Counted from the first letter of the stretch, positions 47,311 to 57,372 are shown. The stretch is 64,000 nt of DNA from an uncultured Oscillospiraceae bacterium (GCA_964525015.1 CAZGFY010000007.1:2414-66413), one strand, 5' to 3'. Translations and numbers: made by a program. Notes: generated by a model from the sequence alone, not told the origin.

Positions 47311-48003
47311 ATGAAAAAGGTTATAAGTGTAATGATAATGATTTCGATATTTTTTATGATGTCTGCAACAACTTTTGCAACATCGGATATGAGTGTTGAT
47401 GAAATGAATGTAAAAGAGTTGACGTTTGATAAGGCATTTGAAATTTTTCCGCAAGCTGAGGTGATTTCAAATATTTATAAAGTAAATAATATACAAGTAC
47501 TTAGGAATGAGTTTACTACGCTAGAAAACCATTTGGGTTTAAATTATAATGAAGTGTATTCTGATCATAAAATAGTTGTAGAAGATGGTATAGTATACGA
47601 ATATAAAATAAATGTGAACAATAATGGTGAAGTTAATATAGCAAGAGTTTTTGGTAATAATTTAAATGGTGGATGGGCATATTATTCTGATAGAAAAACG
47701 CTATCAAATGGTATAGCAACTTATTTAGGTGGAACAGGAGATACAATTATATATGTTACTTTAATAAATATAAATTTTACTATTTATTATGGAGTGAGTA
47801 ATAAAGATTTCATTTCAAGCACACATTCTTTTGCGTCAGGTAGTATTGCAGGAACAGTTAATAATGTGGGAGGTCAAAATTTATTTAATGAGCGTACTGG
47901 ATTTAAGAAGGTAGAAACAAGTAGTAATGCATACGCTGCATATGCTGGAGTAGCAATGTTTGAGCTGGGTTCAGACACATGGAATTTTTATTACATTCCT
48001 TAA
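47311..48003 (+). CDS. Secreted hypothetical protein, cassette 2 (X2)
   Basis: GGGGG SD. Signal peptide MKKVISVMIMISIFFMMSATTFA. Diverged paralogue of X1. Confidence 0.7.
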   Translation: MKKVISVMIMISIFFMMSATTFATSDMSVDEMNVKELTFDKAFEIFPQAEVISNIYKVNNIQVLRNEFTTLENHLGLNYNEVYSDHKIVVEDGIVYEYKINVNNNGEVNIARVFGNNLNGGWAYYSDRKTLSNGIATYLGGTGDTIIYVTLININFTIYYGVSNKDFISSTHSFASGSIAGTVNNVGGQNLFNERTGFKKVETSSNAYAAYAGVAMFELGSDTWNFYYIP

Positions 48004-48122
48004 GTATTAAATGTTGATGAAGTTTTATTTATATTAATAATTTATTAACATAAAACCATTAAAATGCAAATGTGTAAATGTTATAATATATAATATAAAT
48101 GAAATGATTGGAGGAAACTAAT

Positions 48123-48974
48123 ATGAAAAAACTAGTTGTTTTTAACGTTTTATTATTTTTGGTTTTAGTCGGATGTTCGCAAGATGAAATAAGTGTTGAA
48201 ACTACTGCAAATGTGGGTCAAGGTGTAAACCTTGAATATTTAGAAGAAATAAACACAGCACTTACGAATAGCGAAAATTTTGAAACTATTGAGTTAGAAA
48301 GAAATTCAAGCTTTAATCAGTCAAGTCAAAAGCATATAACATTGATTTCAAAAGGTCCGAATATGGGATATAGTTATCCGGTGTATGAAGATGAAAGTAT
48401 GATGCAGTATTATTATGGAGATATCTACATAGAAGAAGATAATTTTATTGCTTGGATTGTTTCGATGGATGATGATAAAGAACTTACTATAATGCCTCAA
48501 GAAGAAAATTATTTTTATCTCAATGGGGAGGTTAAGTCTGATTATTTCAAAATTAGTTTATTAGAAAATCCTGAATTTATTCAAAGTATAGAAAAGAAAG
48601 ACAATGTTTATACTGTTGTGGCAAGTGATAAATATTTTGAGTACACTTTAGAAGAAACGATTAAAAATATACAAGAAATAACCGACAAGGCTCCAGAAGA
48701 CGGTAAAGAATCAGCACAAGCAAGTGCTAATCAGTTTATAGAATACAATCAAAATTTAGAAGAACAAAAATTAACGATTGAAATAATAGTTGAGAACGAT
48801 ATGGTTGTGAGCTACTATGCTCTATCTAGTATGATGGCACCACAATATACCAATGATTTTAAAGTAACTAAAAAAAAATACTATTCAGAAACTGGTAGTA
48901 AAATAGAGATAATCCGATTTAATGATGAAGAAATAAGAAACGAAATCTTAAAAGTTTATGATATGTATAAATAA
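48123..48974 (+). CDS. Hypothetical acidic lipoprotein, cassette 2 (Y2)
   Basis: GGAGG 8 nt before ATG 48123 (the ORF-track TTG 48108 is part of the SD region). Lipobox LVGC. Diverged paralogue of Y1. Confidence 0.7.
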   Translation: MKKLVVFNVLLFLVLVGCSQDEISVETTANVGQGVNLEYLEEINTALTNSENFETIELERNSSFNQSSQKHITLISKGPNMGYSYPVYEDESMMQYYYGDIYIEEDNFIAWIVSMDDDKELTIMPQEENYFYLNGEVKSDYFKISLLENPEFIQSIEKKDNVYTVVASDKYFEYTLEETIKNIQEITDKAPEDGKESAQASANQFIEYNQNLEEQKLTIEIIVENDMVVSYYALSSMMAPQYTNDFKVTKKKYYSETGSKIEIIRFNDEEIRNEILKVYDMYK

Positions 48975-49044
48975 TGCTAAAAAAGAGTGGCGAAAGTCAC
49001 TCTTTTTTCATATAATAATTTAATAAATAAAAGAAAGGGCGAAA
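48916..49044 (+). repeat. Direct repeat B, copy 2
   Basis: See 46659-46786. Confidence 0.85.
48979..49008 (+). terminator. Terminator after Y2
   Basis: Same GAAA-tetraloop hairpin as 46722-46750. Confidence 0.8.
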
Positions 49045-49047
49045 GAT

Positions 49048-49347
49048 ATGTTTTATCATTTATTAAATATTATATACGCAGCCTTTTTTACGCTAGGGGT
49101 TTATTTTGTGTTTGAGATGATTTTAAAATCTTTTCAAAAGCAAAATATTCCAAAATCTATAACGATAATTTTAGAGGAAACAGAAAAAGAAACAAATAGA
49201 AATATAAGATTTTTAAAGAGTAATTTAATAAATCATAATATAGTTTTAATTTCTTATAAAGAAAATGATGAAGATAAAGAGATAAAAAGAATAAAAAAAG
49301 AAGATTTACACAAATTTATCTTAAATGAATTATTTACAAATACCTAG
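49048..49347 (+). CDS. Small hypothetical membrane protein (99 aa)
   Basis: One N-terminal TM (IIYAAFFTLGVYFVFEMIL) and a Lys/Glu-rich tail. Its SD (AAAGGG) lies inside repeat B. Confidence 0.5.
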   Translation: MFYHLLNIIYAAFFTLGVYFVFEMILKSFQKQNIPKSITIILEETEKETNRNIRFLKSNLINHNIVLISYKENDEDKEIKRIKKEDLHKFILNELFTNT

Positions 49348-49420
49348 AATTAGCTTATAATATATAGGATATAGGCATATTTAAGCTTATATTAATCATT
49401 TTTTATAAAGAGAGATAATT

Positions 49421-51625
49421 TTGCAGGAACTTTTAAAGCTAGAAGGCGATATAGTTAATATAACTTTTAGAAGTAGCGAAACTGGATTTACTGTTTTAGA
49501 ACTTCTATCAGGTGATGAATATATAACAGCAGTAGGCGAGATGGCAGAAGTAGCAGCAGGACAAAAACTTGTGGTTTTTGGCTCCTATGTAAGCCATCCT
49601 TCTTTTGGTATGCAATTTAAAATCCAAAGCTATGAAGTTGTTTTTCCATCTAGCGTTAATGCGATACTTACATATCTTTCAAGTGGGATTATTAAAGGGA
49701 TAGGCCCTGTGACAGCTAAAAGAATAGTTGACACCTTTTTAGAAGACACTTTTTTAATACTAGACGCTCACCCTGAAAAACTAGGCGAGATTAAAGGGTT
49801 ATCCTATAAAAAGGCGCTTGAAATACAAAGCGAATTTAAAAGAATATATGGAGTACAAGATGCAATAAGGGAATTTTCAGCGTTTGATATCAGTGCTTCT
49901 GAGGCTATAAATTTATACACTCAGTATGGCGCAGATGTTGTTGTGAAAATTAAAGAAAATCCGTATTTAATCTGCTTTGCGCCTTGCTTTCTTCCTTTTG
50001 AAAAGGCAGAAGAAATTGCAAACACCCTAACTTTTGAGTATGATGCAAAAGAAAGAATAGACGGTGCAGTTTTATATGTTTTAAATCACAACACCCAAAA
50101 AGGACACACCTGTGTGCCAAGAAAAAAACTTATAAAAACTGTTTCGGCTTTTATATCTGTTGAAGAGGATAAAATTGATAGCTATATAAATGAGATGCTA
50201 GATGAAAATAAAATTATCTTAGAAGAAATTAATAGCGAAGAATTTATTTTTATTCCAGAATTATATTCAGCTGAAATGATAGGTGCACAAAAGATTTGCG
50301 ATTTGCTTTATAGAAAGGTGAGAGCGTATGAAAATTTTGAAGAAAAGATAAAAGATATTCAGTTTCTTCATAATATTCAGTATGCACCACTTCAAATTAA
50401 AGCTATAAAAACAGTTTTGGAAAATAATGTTTGCGTTATAACAGGCGGTCCTGGTACTGGTAAAACAACCTTGGTTAAAGGGATAATCAGCCTTTTTGAA
50501 TCAAGGGCAGATAGAGTTTTTTTATGTGCGCCAACTGGGAGGGCTGCAAAAAGACTTAGCGAATTATCAAAAAAAGAGGCAAAAACAATTCATCGTTTAT
50601 TAGGGTGCGAAAAAAGTGGGCGAGATGGCGTTAAATTTTCAAAGAATATGGAAAGTCCGCTTGATTGTGAAGTGCTAATTGTTGATGAATTTTCAATGGT
50701 GGACACTCTTTTATTCAGCCATTTAATAACGGCTGTTAAAGAAAACACAAGGGTAATTTTAGTTGGAGATTATAATCAGCTTCCAGCCGTTGGGGCAGGG
50801 AATATTTTAAAAGATTTAATTCAAAGTAATATAGTTCCAAAAGTGGAGCTCACTGAGATATTTCGCCAAGCTAGAGAGAGCGATATAATAGTTAATGCTC
50901 ACTCAATTAATAATGGAGAAATCCCAAAAACAACTAAAAAGCAATCCGATTATTATTTTATTAGCAGTAATGAAATGAATGCTGGAAATCTTATTTCGGA
51001 TTTAATAACTCAAAGACTTCCAAAGGCATATGGATTTGATACAAATGAAGATATACAAATTCTTTCTCCATCAAGAAAAAAACGAGGTGGAACTCAAAAT
51101 CTAAATGCTATTTTACAAGAGGTTATTAATCCGGAAAATAATTCTAAACATCAAATAAAAATAAACGGGATAACCTATCGCGTGGGCGATAAAGTTATGC
51201 AAACTAAGAATAATTATGATATTCAATACACTAAAGACGATGGCGAAAATGAAACAGGGGTTTTTAATGGTGATATTGGGTATATAATATCAATAGATAA
51301 GTTTAATAGGGAATTAAAAGTTAGGATTGAAGATAAGGTTTATGATTATCAGGGCGAAGATATACAGCAATTAGAGCACGCGTGGGTGATAACAGTGCAT
51401 AAAAGCCAAGGCTGTGAATTTAAAGCTGTTATATTAAGTATTCCAGACACTGTAAAAGAACTTCAATATAGAAACCTACTTTATACAGCATTTACAAGGG
51501 CAAAAGAGCTTTTAATAGTGGTTGGTAAACCTGAAATTTTATCTAATATGGTTAAAAATAATAAAACTCAATTAAGATATTCTGCGATAAAACATTTTAT
51601 GACGGAGTATTATTATGTTGATTAA
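49421..51625 (+). CDS. recD2: RecD2-type ATP-dependent DNA helicase
   Basis: TTG start. N-terminal FRSSETGFTVLEL OB-like region, Walker A GGPGTGKTT, Walker B VDEFSMVD, and SF1B blocks VGDYNQLPAVGAG and TVHKSQG. Confidence 0.9.
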   Translation: MQELLKLEGDIVNITFRSSETGFTVLELLSGDEYITAVGEMAEVAAGQKLVVFGSYVSHPSFGMQFKIQSYEVVFPSSVNAILTYLSSGIIKGIGPVTAKRIVDTFLEDTFLILDAHPEKLGEIKGLSYKKALEIQSEFKRIYGVQDAIREFSAFDISASEAINLYTQYGADVVVKIKENPYLICFAPCFLPFEKAEEIANTLTFEYDAKERIDGAVLYVLNHNTQKGHTCVPRKKLIKTVSAFISVEEDKIDSYINEMLDENKIILEEINSEEFIFIPELYSAEMIGAQKICDLLYRKVRAYENFEEKIKDIQFLHNIQYAPLQIKAIKTVLENNVCVITGGPGTGKTTLVKGIISLFESRADRVFLCAPTGRAAKRLSELSKKEAKTIHRLLGCEKSGRDGVKFSKNMESPLDCEVLIVDEFSMVDTLLFSHLITAVKENTRVILVGDYNQLPAVGAGNILKDLIQSNIVPKVELTEIFRQARESDIIVNAHSINNGEIPKTTKKQSDYYFISSNEMNAGNLISDLITQRLPKAYGFDTNEDIQILSPSRKKRGGTQNLNAILQEVINPENNSKHQIKINGITYRVGDKVMQTKNNYDIQYTKDDGENETGVFNGDIGYIISIDKFNRELKVRIEDKVYDYQGEDIQQLEHAWVITVHKSQGCEFKAVILSIPDTVKELQYRNLLYTAFTRAKELLIVVGKPEILSNMVKNNKTQLRYSAIKHFMTEYYYVD

Positions 51626-52262
51626 TTTTATTAAAAGTTTAGTTGTGCCAAATAGGTGCCCAGCTTGCCAAAAATTTATAGAAAATGAAGAAAATATCTG
51701 CTTTGATTGTAAAGAAGATATAAAAAATCAAAAGGTGCATTCTTTAGATAAGAAGATAGAATTTTCAAATAAGGTGTATTCATCATACTATTACTATGGT
51801 AAAATAAGAGATATTGTGCTTTTTGCAAAGTATAAATCGCCTATATATTTTACGAAGTTTTTTATTGATAATGTTGGGAATGATATATTAAACCTTATAA
51901 AAGAAAATGATATAGATTATGTTATATCTGCCCCTTTTCATAAATCAAAGCTTTATAAATATGAGTATGATTTACCTAGCGAAATACTAAAATCGCTATC
52001 TGAAAAATTAAATGTAAAAACAATTGATGCAGTAAGAAAAAATGTAAAAACTCAAAAGCAACAAGATTTAAGCGAAGAAGAAAGAAAAGTAAATCTTATT
52101 AATGCATTTTTAGTTATAAAAGATATTAAAGATAAAAATATCCTACTGCTTGATGATATAATAACAACAGGAAACACAATTTCTCAGCTTTCTTTAGTTT
52201 TAAAAGAAGCAGGGGCAAACAAGGTTATAGCATATAGCTTTGCAATAAGAAAGGAAGAATAA
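51615..52262 (+). CDS. comFC: ComF-family protein (ComFC, phosphoribosyltransferase-like)
   Basis: N-terminal CPACQ ... CFDC zinc finger and a C-terminal PRTase loop ILLLDDIITTGNT. Overlaps the recD2 stop. Confidence 0.85.
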   Translation: MLINFIKSLVVPNRCPACQKFIENEENICFDCKEDIKNQKVHSLDKKIEFSNKVYSSYYYYGKIRDIVLFAKYKSPIYFTKFFIDNVGNDILNLIKENDIDYVISAPFHKSKLYKYEYDLPSEILKSLSEKLNVKTIDAVRKNVKTQKQQDLSEEERKVNLINAFLVIKDIKDKNILLLDDIITTGNTISQLSLVLKEAGANKVIAYSFAIRKEE

Positions 52263-52264
52263 AA

Positions 52265-53284
52265 ATGGCAAATAATGATATAGGAATAGATTTAGGAACC
52301 ACCAAAATAATGATATACGTTGATGGTGAAATAGTTTTAAATGAGCCGAGTGTTGTGGCTTATGATTCAAAAACAGGCGAGCCAATCGCATTTGGAAATG
52401 AAGCTTTTTCAATGGTTGGCAGAACTAATAATAAAATTTCAATTGAGTATCCATTAATTGATGGAGTTATCTCAAACTACACACTAACTAAAGAAATGGT
52501 ACGCCATTTTATTTTAAAAACTCATAAATCAAAAATAGTAAAGCCTAGAGTTTGTATCTGTATTCCCTCTGCCGTAACTGGTATAGAAGAAAACGCAGTT
52601 GTCGACGCTGCTATGAGTGCTGGCGCAAGACAGGTTTTCTTAATAGAAGAGCCAATTGCAGCGGCTATTGGAATGGGAATTGATGTTTTAAAAGCAAGAG
52701 GAAATATGATAGTTGATATCGGTGGTGGTACAACGGATATTGCGGTTGTTTCGCTTGGTGGTATTGTTTGCTCAAAATCAATAAAAGTTGCAGGAAACAC
52801 ATTTGATAGAGAAATTATAAAAACGCTAAAATCAAAATTCAGCTTTTTAATTGGACAAAAAACAGCTACATTACTAAAACATGAAACAGCTAACTGTATT
52901 GATGATGGCGAAGTGAATACATTTGAAGTTAAAGGGATAGATTTAGTTAAACGTCTACCAAAACGACTAGAACTTAACACAACTCAAATTTACCCAATTA
53001 TTCAGCCTATAATCGAAGATATGCTTTCTGCTATAAAACAAGTTTTAGAAATAACTCCACCAGAACTTTCAGGGGATATATATGATAACGGCATTATTTT
53101 AACTGGTGCTGGTGCAAAAATTAAAAACCTTGATAAATTTCTTTCAGAACACTTAGGAATTAAAGTTGTTTTAGCGCAAGAAAGCGAAAACTGCGTTGCA
53201 CTAGGGACTGGGAAATCCTTTGATTTTGAAGGAGAACTAGAATCAGGCTTTAGAAATGTAACTCCAGGATTATATAATAAATAA
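52265..53284 (+). CDS. mreB: MreB/Mbl-family actin-like protein
   Basis: IGIDLGTTKIMIYV, NEPSVVA, VDIGGGTTDIAV, ILTGAGAKI. There is no mreCD downstream, so this is a stand-alone paralogue. Confidence 0.9.
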   Translation: MANNDIGIDLGTTKIMIYVDGEIVLNEPSVVAYDSKTGEPIAFGNEAFSMVGRTNNKISIEYPLIDGVISNYTLTKEMVRHFILKTHKSKIVKPRVCICIPSAVTGIEENAVVDAAMSAGARQVFLIEEPIAAAIGMGIDVLKARGNMIVDIGGGTTDIAVVSLGGIVCSKSIKVAGNTFDREIIKTLKSKFSFLIGQKTATLLKHETANCIDDGEVNTFEVKGIDLVKRLPKRLELNTTQIYPIIQPIIEDMLSAIKQVLEITPPELSGDIYDNGIILTGAGAKIKNLDKFLSEHLGIKVVLAQESENCVALGTGKSFDFEGELESGFRNVTPGLYNK

Positions 53285-53483
53285 TAATAGCTAAAAAATA
53301 GTAGTGAGAACTGCTATTTTTTTTGTGACTAAAACACTAGGAAAGTTTTATAAAATATGATATACTAATAAAGTATATGTTTATATTATTGTTTAAGATA
53401 ATATAATTATAAAACTATGGTAATGAATATTGTTAATATCATTTTGAGATATCAAAAAATTAGTTTAAGGAAAACATAAAATA

Positions 53484-55850
53484 ATGGAAAAATATATAAA
53501 GCTCAGAAAAGAATATATAAATCAGCAATTTGAGCATTTAAATGAAATGCAAAGGCAGGCTGTTTTTAAAATTAAGGGCGCTGTTTTAATTCTAGCAGGG
53601 GCTGGAAGTGGTAAAACAAGCGTTTTAATAAACAGGATATCTAATATGGTTCGCTTTGGGGATAGCTATAATGTAGAGTATTTTCCGTTTGATTGCCCAG
53701 AAGCTGTTTTAAATTCTTTAGAAAAAGCAGTTGAAAATAAAACAAAGCTTTCTTTTTCGCAAGAAGAAATGATTTCGGCAAATAGAATTCGCCCTTATAA
53801 TATCCTAGCCATAACCTTTACGAATAAGGCAGCAGGAGAATTAAAACAAAGGCTAGAAACTTCGCTCGGCGAATATTCATACGATGTTATGGCGAGCACT
53901 TTTCACTCATTATGCGTTAGAATTTTAAGAAAATACGCAACTACTCTTGGATATAATCAAAATTTTACTATCTACGATTCAGACGACCAGAAAAGAATTG
54001 TTAGAGAAATAATGAAGGATTTAAATATTGATGATAAGTTTATTCAAATAAAAACAGTTATTAGTAGAATGTCGGGATATAAAGATAAACTAATATCACC
54101 ACAAAAGGCAGAAGAATATGCAAGTAATATTCACGAAAAACAGATAGTTGCTTGCTATAATGAGTATCAAAAAAGATTAAAATCTGCAAGCGCATTTGAT
54201 TTTGATGATTTAATTTATAAAACAGTTGAGCTATTTTCAAAAAATGAAGAAGCCCTGCTTTTTTATCAAAATAGATATAAATATATAATGGTTGATGAAT
54301 ATCAAGACACTTCAACGGCGCAGTTTGAATTAGTTCGCCTATTGAGTATGGGGCATAATAATATATGCGTTGTTGGGGATGATGACCAAAGTATTTATCG
54401 TTTTCGAGGGGCAACTATTGAAAATATCTTAAATTTTGAAAATCAATTCCAAGATACATTCACAATAAAGCTTGAAGAAAATTATCGCTCAACTTCAAAT
54501 ATTTTAAATGCTGCAAACTCTGTTATACAAAATAATAAAGGCAGAAAAGGCAAAACCTTATGGACGCAAAAGGAAGATGGCGAAAAGGTTTGCATTTATA
54601 ATTTTGAAAGAGAGTTTGATGAAAGTGCGAATGTTGTATCACAAATATTTGAAAATATAAAAAATGGTGCAAAACTATCCGATCACGCTGTTTTATACAG
54701 AATGAATATGCAATCTTCCTTAGTGGAAAATGCACTAGCTAGAAATGGCTTAGCTTATAAAGTTATCGGTGGGCAAAGATTCTATGATAGAGCAGAAATT
54801 AAGGATTTAACAGCGTATATGAACATAATTGTAAATCCTAGTGATGATTTAAGATTAAAAAGAATTATAAACACGCCAACGAGAAAAATAGGCGCTACCA
54901 CTATTCAAAAAATTCAAGATATCGCGACTGAAAAAGGGATATCGATGATTGAAGTACTATATAATATGTATGAATATCCATCACTTTCAAAATCTCTAAA
55001 TGCACTAAACAACTTTTTAATGATTTATAAAAGTCTTCAAGAATTATACAAAACAAGGCCACTTGAAGATTTTATTCCTAATTTAATTAAGATAACTGGA
55101 TATGAAAATATGCTTATCGAAATGGGAGAAGACGGAAAAACTAGACTTGAAAATATAGGGCAGTTAGATTCTAATATTAAAGCTTATGTAGACCAATATA
55201 AAGAAGAGGCAACTCTTGCATCATTTTTAGAAGAAGTTAGCTTAATAAGCGATTTAGATAGGCTAGATAGAGATGCCGACGCAGTAACTTTAATGACGAT
55301 TCACTCTTCTAAAGGCTTAGAATTTCCTTATGTATTTTTAGTTGGCGTTGAAGAAGGGATATTCCCTGGCGAGCAATCAAAATATAATAATGATGATTTA
55401 GAGGAAGAGCGCCGTTTATTTTACGTTGCAGTTACTCGTGCAGAAAAGGAAATTTATATTTCACACTGCAATGAAAGAATGGTTTTTGGGCAAACTAAAA
55501 GGCCACTTCGCTCAAGATTTTTAGAAGAAGTAGATAAGGATGTTTGCGAAGAAATCGATAGAAATCCAAATAGAACAACTGTTAATCTGTTTTCAAAACC
55601 TAGTGTTTCAGCAAAAACTCAAAGCTTTAATAATCAATCAACAATTAAAGGGGCAGGGGAAAAACCGCCTGTTAAAATTAATAAAGATTTTGATATTGGA
55701 GATAGAGTTTTGCATAAGGCTTTTGGCGAGGGTACTGTTTTAAAAATAACCCCACTTGCAAACGATGCTATGCTAGAAATAGATTTTGGTAGTAAAGGCA
55801 AGAAAAAAATTATGGTGAACTACACACCGATAACTAAAATTGAGGGATAA
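53484..55850 (+). CDS. pcrA: PcrA/UvrD-type ATP-dependent DNA helicase
   Basis: LNEMQRQAV, AGAGSGKT, TFTNKAAGELKQRL, VDEYQDT, VVGDDDQSIYRFRGA, TIHSSKGLEF. Confidence 0.93.
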   Translation: MEKYIKLRKEYINQQFEHLNEMQRQAVFKIKGAVLILAGAGSGKTSVLINRISNMVRFGDSYNVEYFPFDCPEAVLNSLEKAVENKTKLSFSQEEMISANRIRPYNILAITFTNKAAGELKQRLETSLGEYSYDVMASTFHSLCVRILRKYATTLGYNQNFTIYDSDDQKRIVREIMKDLNIDDKFIQIKTVISRMSGYKDKLISPQKAEEYASNIHEKQIVACYNEYQKRLKSASAFDFDDLIYKTVELFSKNEEALLFYQNRYKYIMVDEYQDTSTAQFELVRLLSMGHNNICVVGDDDQSIYRFRGATIENILNFENQFQDTFTIKLEENYRSTSNILNAANSVIQNNKGRKGKTLWTQKEDGEKVCIYNFEREFDESANVVSQIFENIKNGAKLSDHAVLYRMNMQSSLVENALARNGLAYKVIGGQRFYDRAEIKDLTAYMNIIVNPSDDLRLKRIINTPTRKIGATTIQKIQDIATEKGISMIEVLYNMYEYPSLSKSLNALNNFLMIYKSLQELYKTRPLEDFIPNLIKITGYENMLIEMGEDGKTRLENIGQLDSNIKAYVDQYKEEATLASFLEEVSLISDLDRLDRDADAVTLMTIHSSKGLEFPYVFLVGVEEGIFPGEQSKYNNDDLEEERRLFYVAVTRAEKEIYISHCNERMVFGQTKRPLRSRFLEEVDKDVCEEIDRNPNRTTVNLFSKPSVSAKTQSFNNQSTIKGAGEKPPVKINKDFDIGDRVLHKAFGEGTVLKITPLANDAMLEIDFGSKGKKKIMVNYTPITKIEG

Positions 55851-55914
55851 TTATTAAAAATTATATGTAAAAAAGTAATATAAGGCTTAAAAAGAGAAAG
55901 GAAATGTTATATTT

Positions 55915-56688
55915 ATGATGAAAGTTCAGTTATTAACCTATACACAAAATCCAGAAAAGGTGGTTGCAGCGGCGGCAAAATTATGCTACTCAAATGCAAA
56001 TATAGATAATTTACTAGAAGGCTTAACCGAAGAAAAAAGCAAAGATTTTGTTGAAATGCTTGCAAGCTTTGGCCATGCTAGCCCAACAGAGCACGTTAAT
56101 TTCACATTTGCAATTGAAGGCGTTTCAAGAGCTTTACTCGCTCAAATAACAAGGCATAGAATAGCATCATACTCCGTTCAAAGTCAGAGATATGTTAATT
56201 TAAAGGATTTTGAATTTGTAACCCCACCAGAAATTCAAAATGATGAAAAAGCCTTAGAAGAATTTAATAAATCAATGGAAATGGCTGGCGAAAATTATCT
56301 AAGAGTTACAGCTTTATTAAAAGAAACTCACTTAGCTAGAATGATTGCAGAAGGAATGGATGAAAAAGCTGCAAAAAGAGCTGCTGAAAAACAAGCCTTA
56401 GAAGATGCAAGATTTATTCTGCCAAACTCCTGCACAACTAAAATGATAGTGACAATGAACACAAGAAGTTTAAATAATTTCTTTGATCATAGATGCTGTA
56501 ATAGAGCTCAATGGGAAATTCAAACTCTAGCTGATAAAATGCTAGAGTTAGTATATGAAGTGGCACCATCATTATTTGTTCGCTCAGGTGCGCCTTGCTC
56601 ATACGGTCCGTGCCCAGAAGGGAAGATGACTTGTGGTAAAATGCAGGAAGTTAGAGAAAAATACAAACAAATTAAAAAACAAAAATAA
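55915..56688 (+). CDS. thyX: FAD-dependent thymidylate synthase ThyX
   Basis: ThyX signature RHRIASYSVQSQRY. Confidence 0.93.
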   Translation: MMKVQLLTYTQNPEKVVAAAAKLCYSNANIDNLLEGLTEEKSKDFVEMLASFGHASPTEHVNFTFAIEGVSRALLAQITRHRIASYSVQSQRYVNLKDFEFVTPPEIQNDEKALEEFNKSMEMAGENYLRVTALLKETHLARMIAEGMDEKAAKRAAEKQALEDARFILPNSCTTKMIVTMNTRSLNNFFDHRCCNRAQWEIQTLADKMLELVYEVAPSLFVRSGAPCSYGPCPEGKMTCGKMQEVREKYKQIKKQK

Positions 56689-56709
56689 CCTACATAAAGG
56701 AATAAATAT

Positions 56710-57372
56710 ATGGGTAAATTAATAGTTATAGAAGGGCTAGACGGCTCAGGAAAGGCAACTCAATCAAAACTTTTAGCCCAAAATTTAAAAAATCAAGGAA
56801 AAAAAGTTTTAAATATAACATTTCCTGATTATGATAGCGATTCGTCTGCTTTAGTGAAAATGTATCTTAAAGGGGATTTTGGGGATAAGCCAAGCGATGT
56901 TAATGCTTATACGGCATCCAGCTTTTACGCTGTGGATAGATTTGCAAGCTTTAAAACTCACTGGGAGAAAATGTATAATGATGATTATATAATTATCGCT
57001 GATAGATACACAACATCAAATGCCGTTCACCAATGCTCAAAACTTAGTGAAAATCAATGGAAAACTTTTTTAGATTGGCTATATGATTTTGAGTATAATA
57101 AAATAGGTATTCCAGAGCCAGATATGGTTGTATACCTTGATATGACGCCTAAAGTGTCGCAAGAGTTAATGACTAAGAGATATAAAGGCGATGAAACTAA
57201 AAAAGATATACACGAAAAGGATGAAATTTATTTAGATAAATCAAGAAAAGCTGCATACTTTTGCTTAAATGAGAATTTATGGCATAAAATAGAATGTGAT
57301 AATGGCAAAACAGCTTATAGCATTGAAGAAATATCTAATAAGGTTTTAAAAAAAGCGATGGAGATAATTTAA
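56710..57372 (+). CDS. tmk: Thymidylate kinase
   Basis: P-loop IVIEGLDGSGKATQ and the DRY motif (ADRYTTSN). Confidence 0.9.
   Translation: MGKLIVIEGLDGSGKATQSKLLAQNLKNQGKKVLNITFPDYDSDSSALVKMYLKGDFGDKPSDVNAYTASSFYAVDRFASFKTHWEKMYNDDYIIIADRYTTSNAVHQCSKLSENQWKTFLDWLYDFEYNKIGIPEPDMVVYLDMTPKVSQELMTKRYKGDETKKDIHEKDEIYLDKSRKAAYFCLNENLWHKIECDNGKTAYSIEEISNKVLKKAMEII

Noticed and set aside
44863-49420. Search for a transposase, integrase, IS ends or phage genes that would explain the tandem cassettes
   Set aside because: All ORFs over 60 aa in the interval are accounted for (X1, Y1, metK fragment, X2, Y2, the 99-aa protein). None shows recombinase motifs. I saw no terminal inverted repeats flanking the unit.
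52522-52980. 152-aa minus-strand ORF
   Set aside because: It lies antisense within the MreB-like gene. Its Ser/Pro/Ile-rich product is typical of shadow frames.
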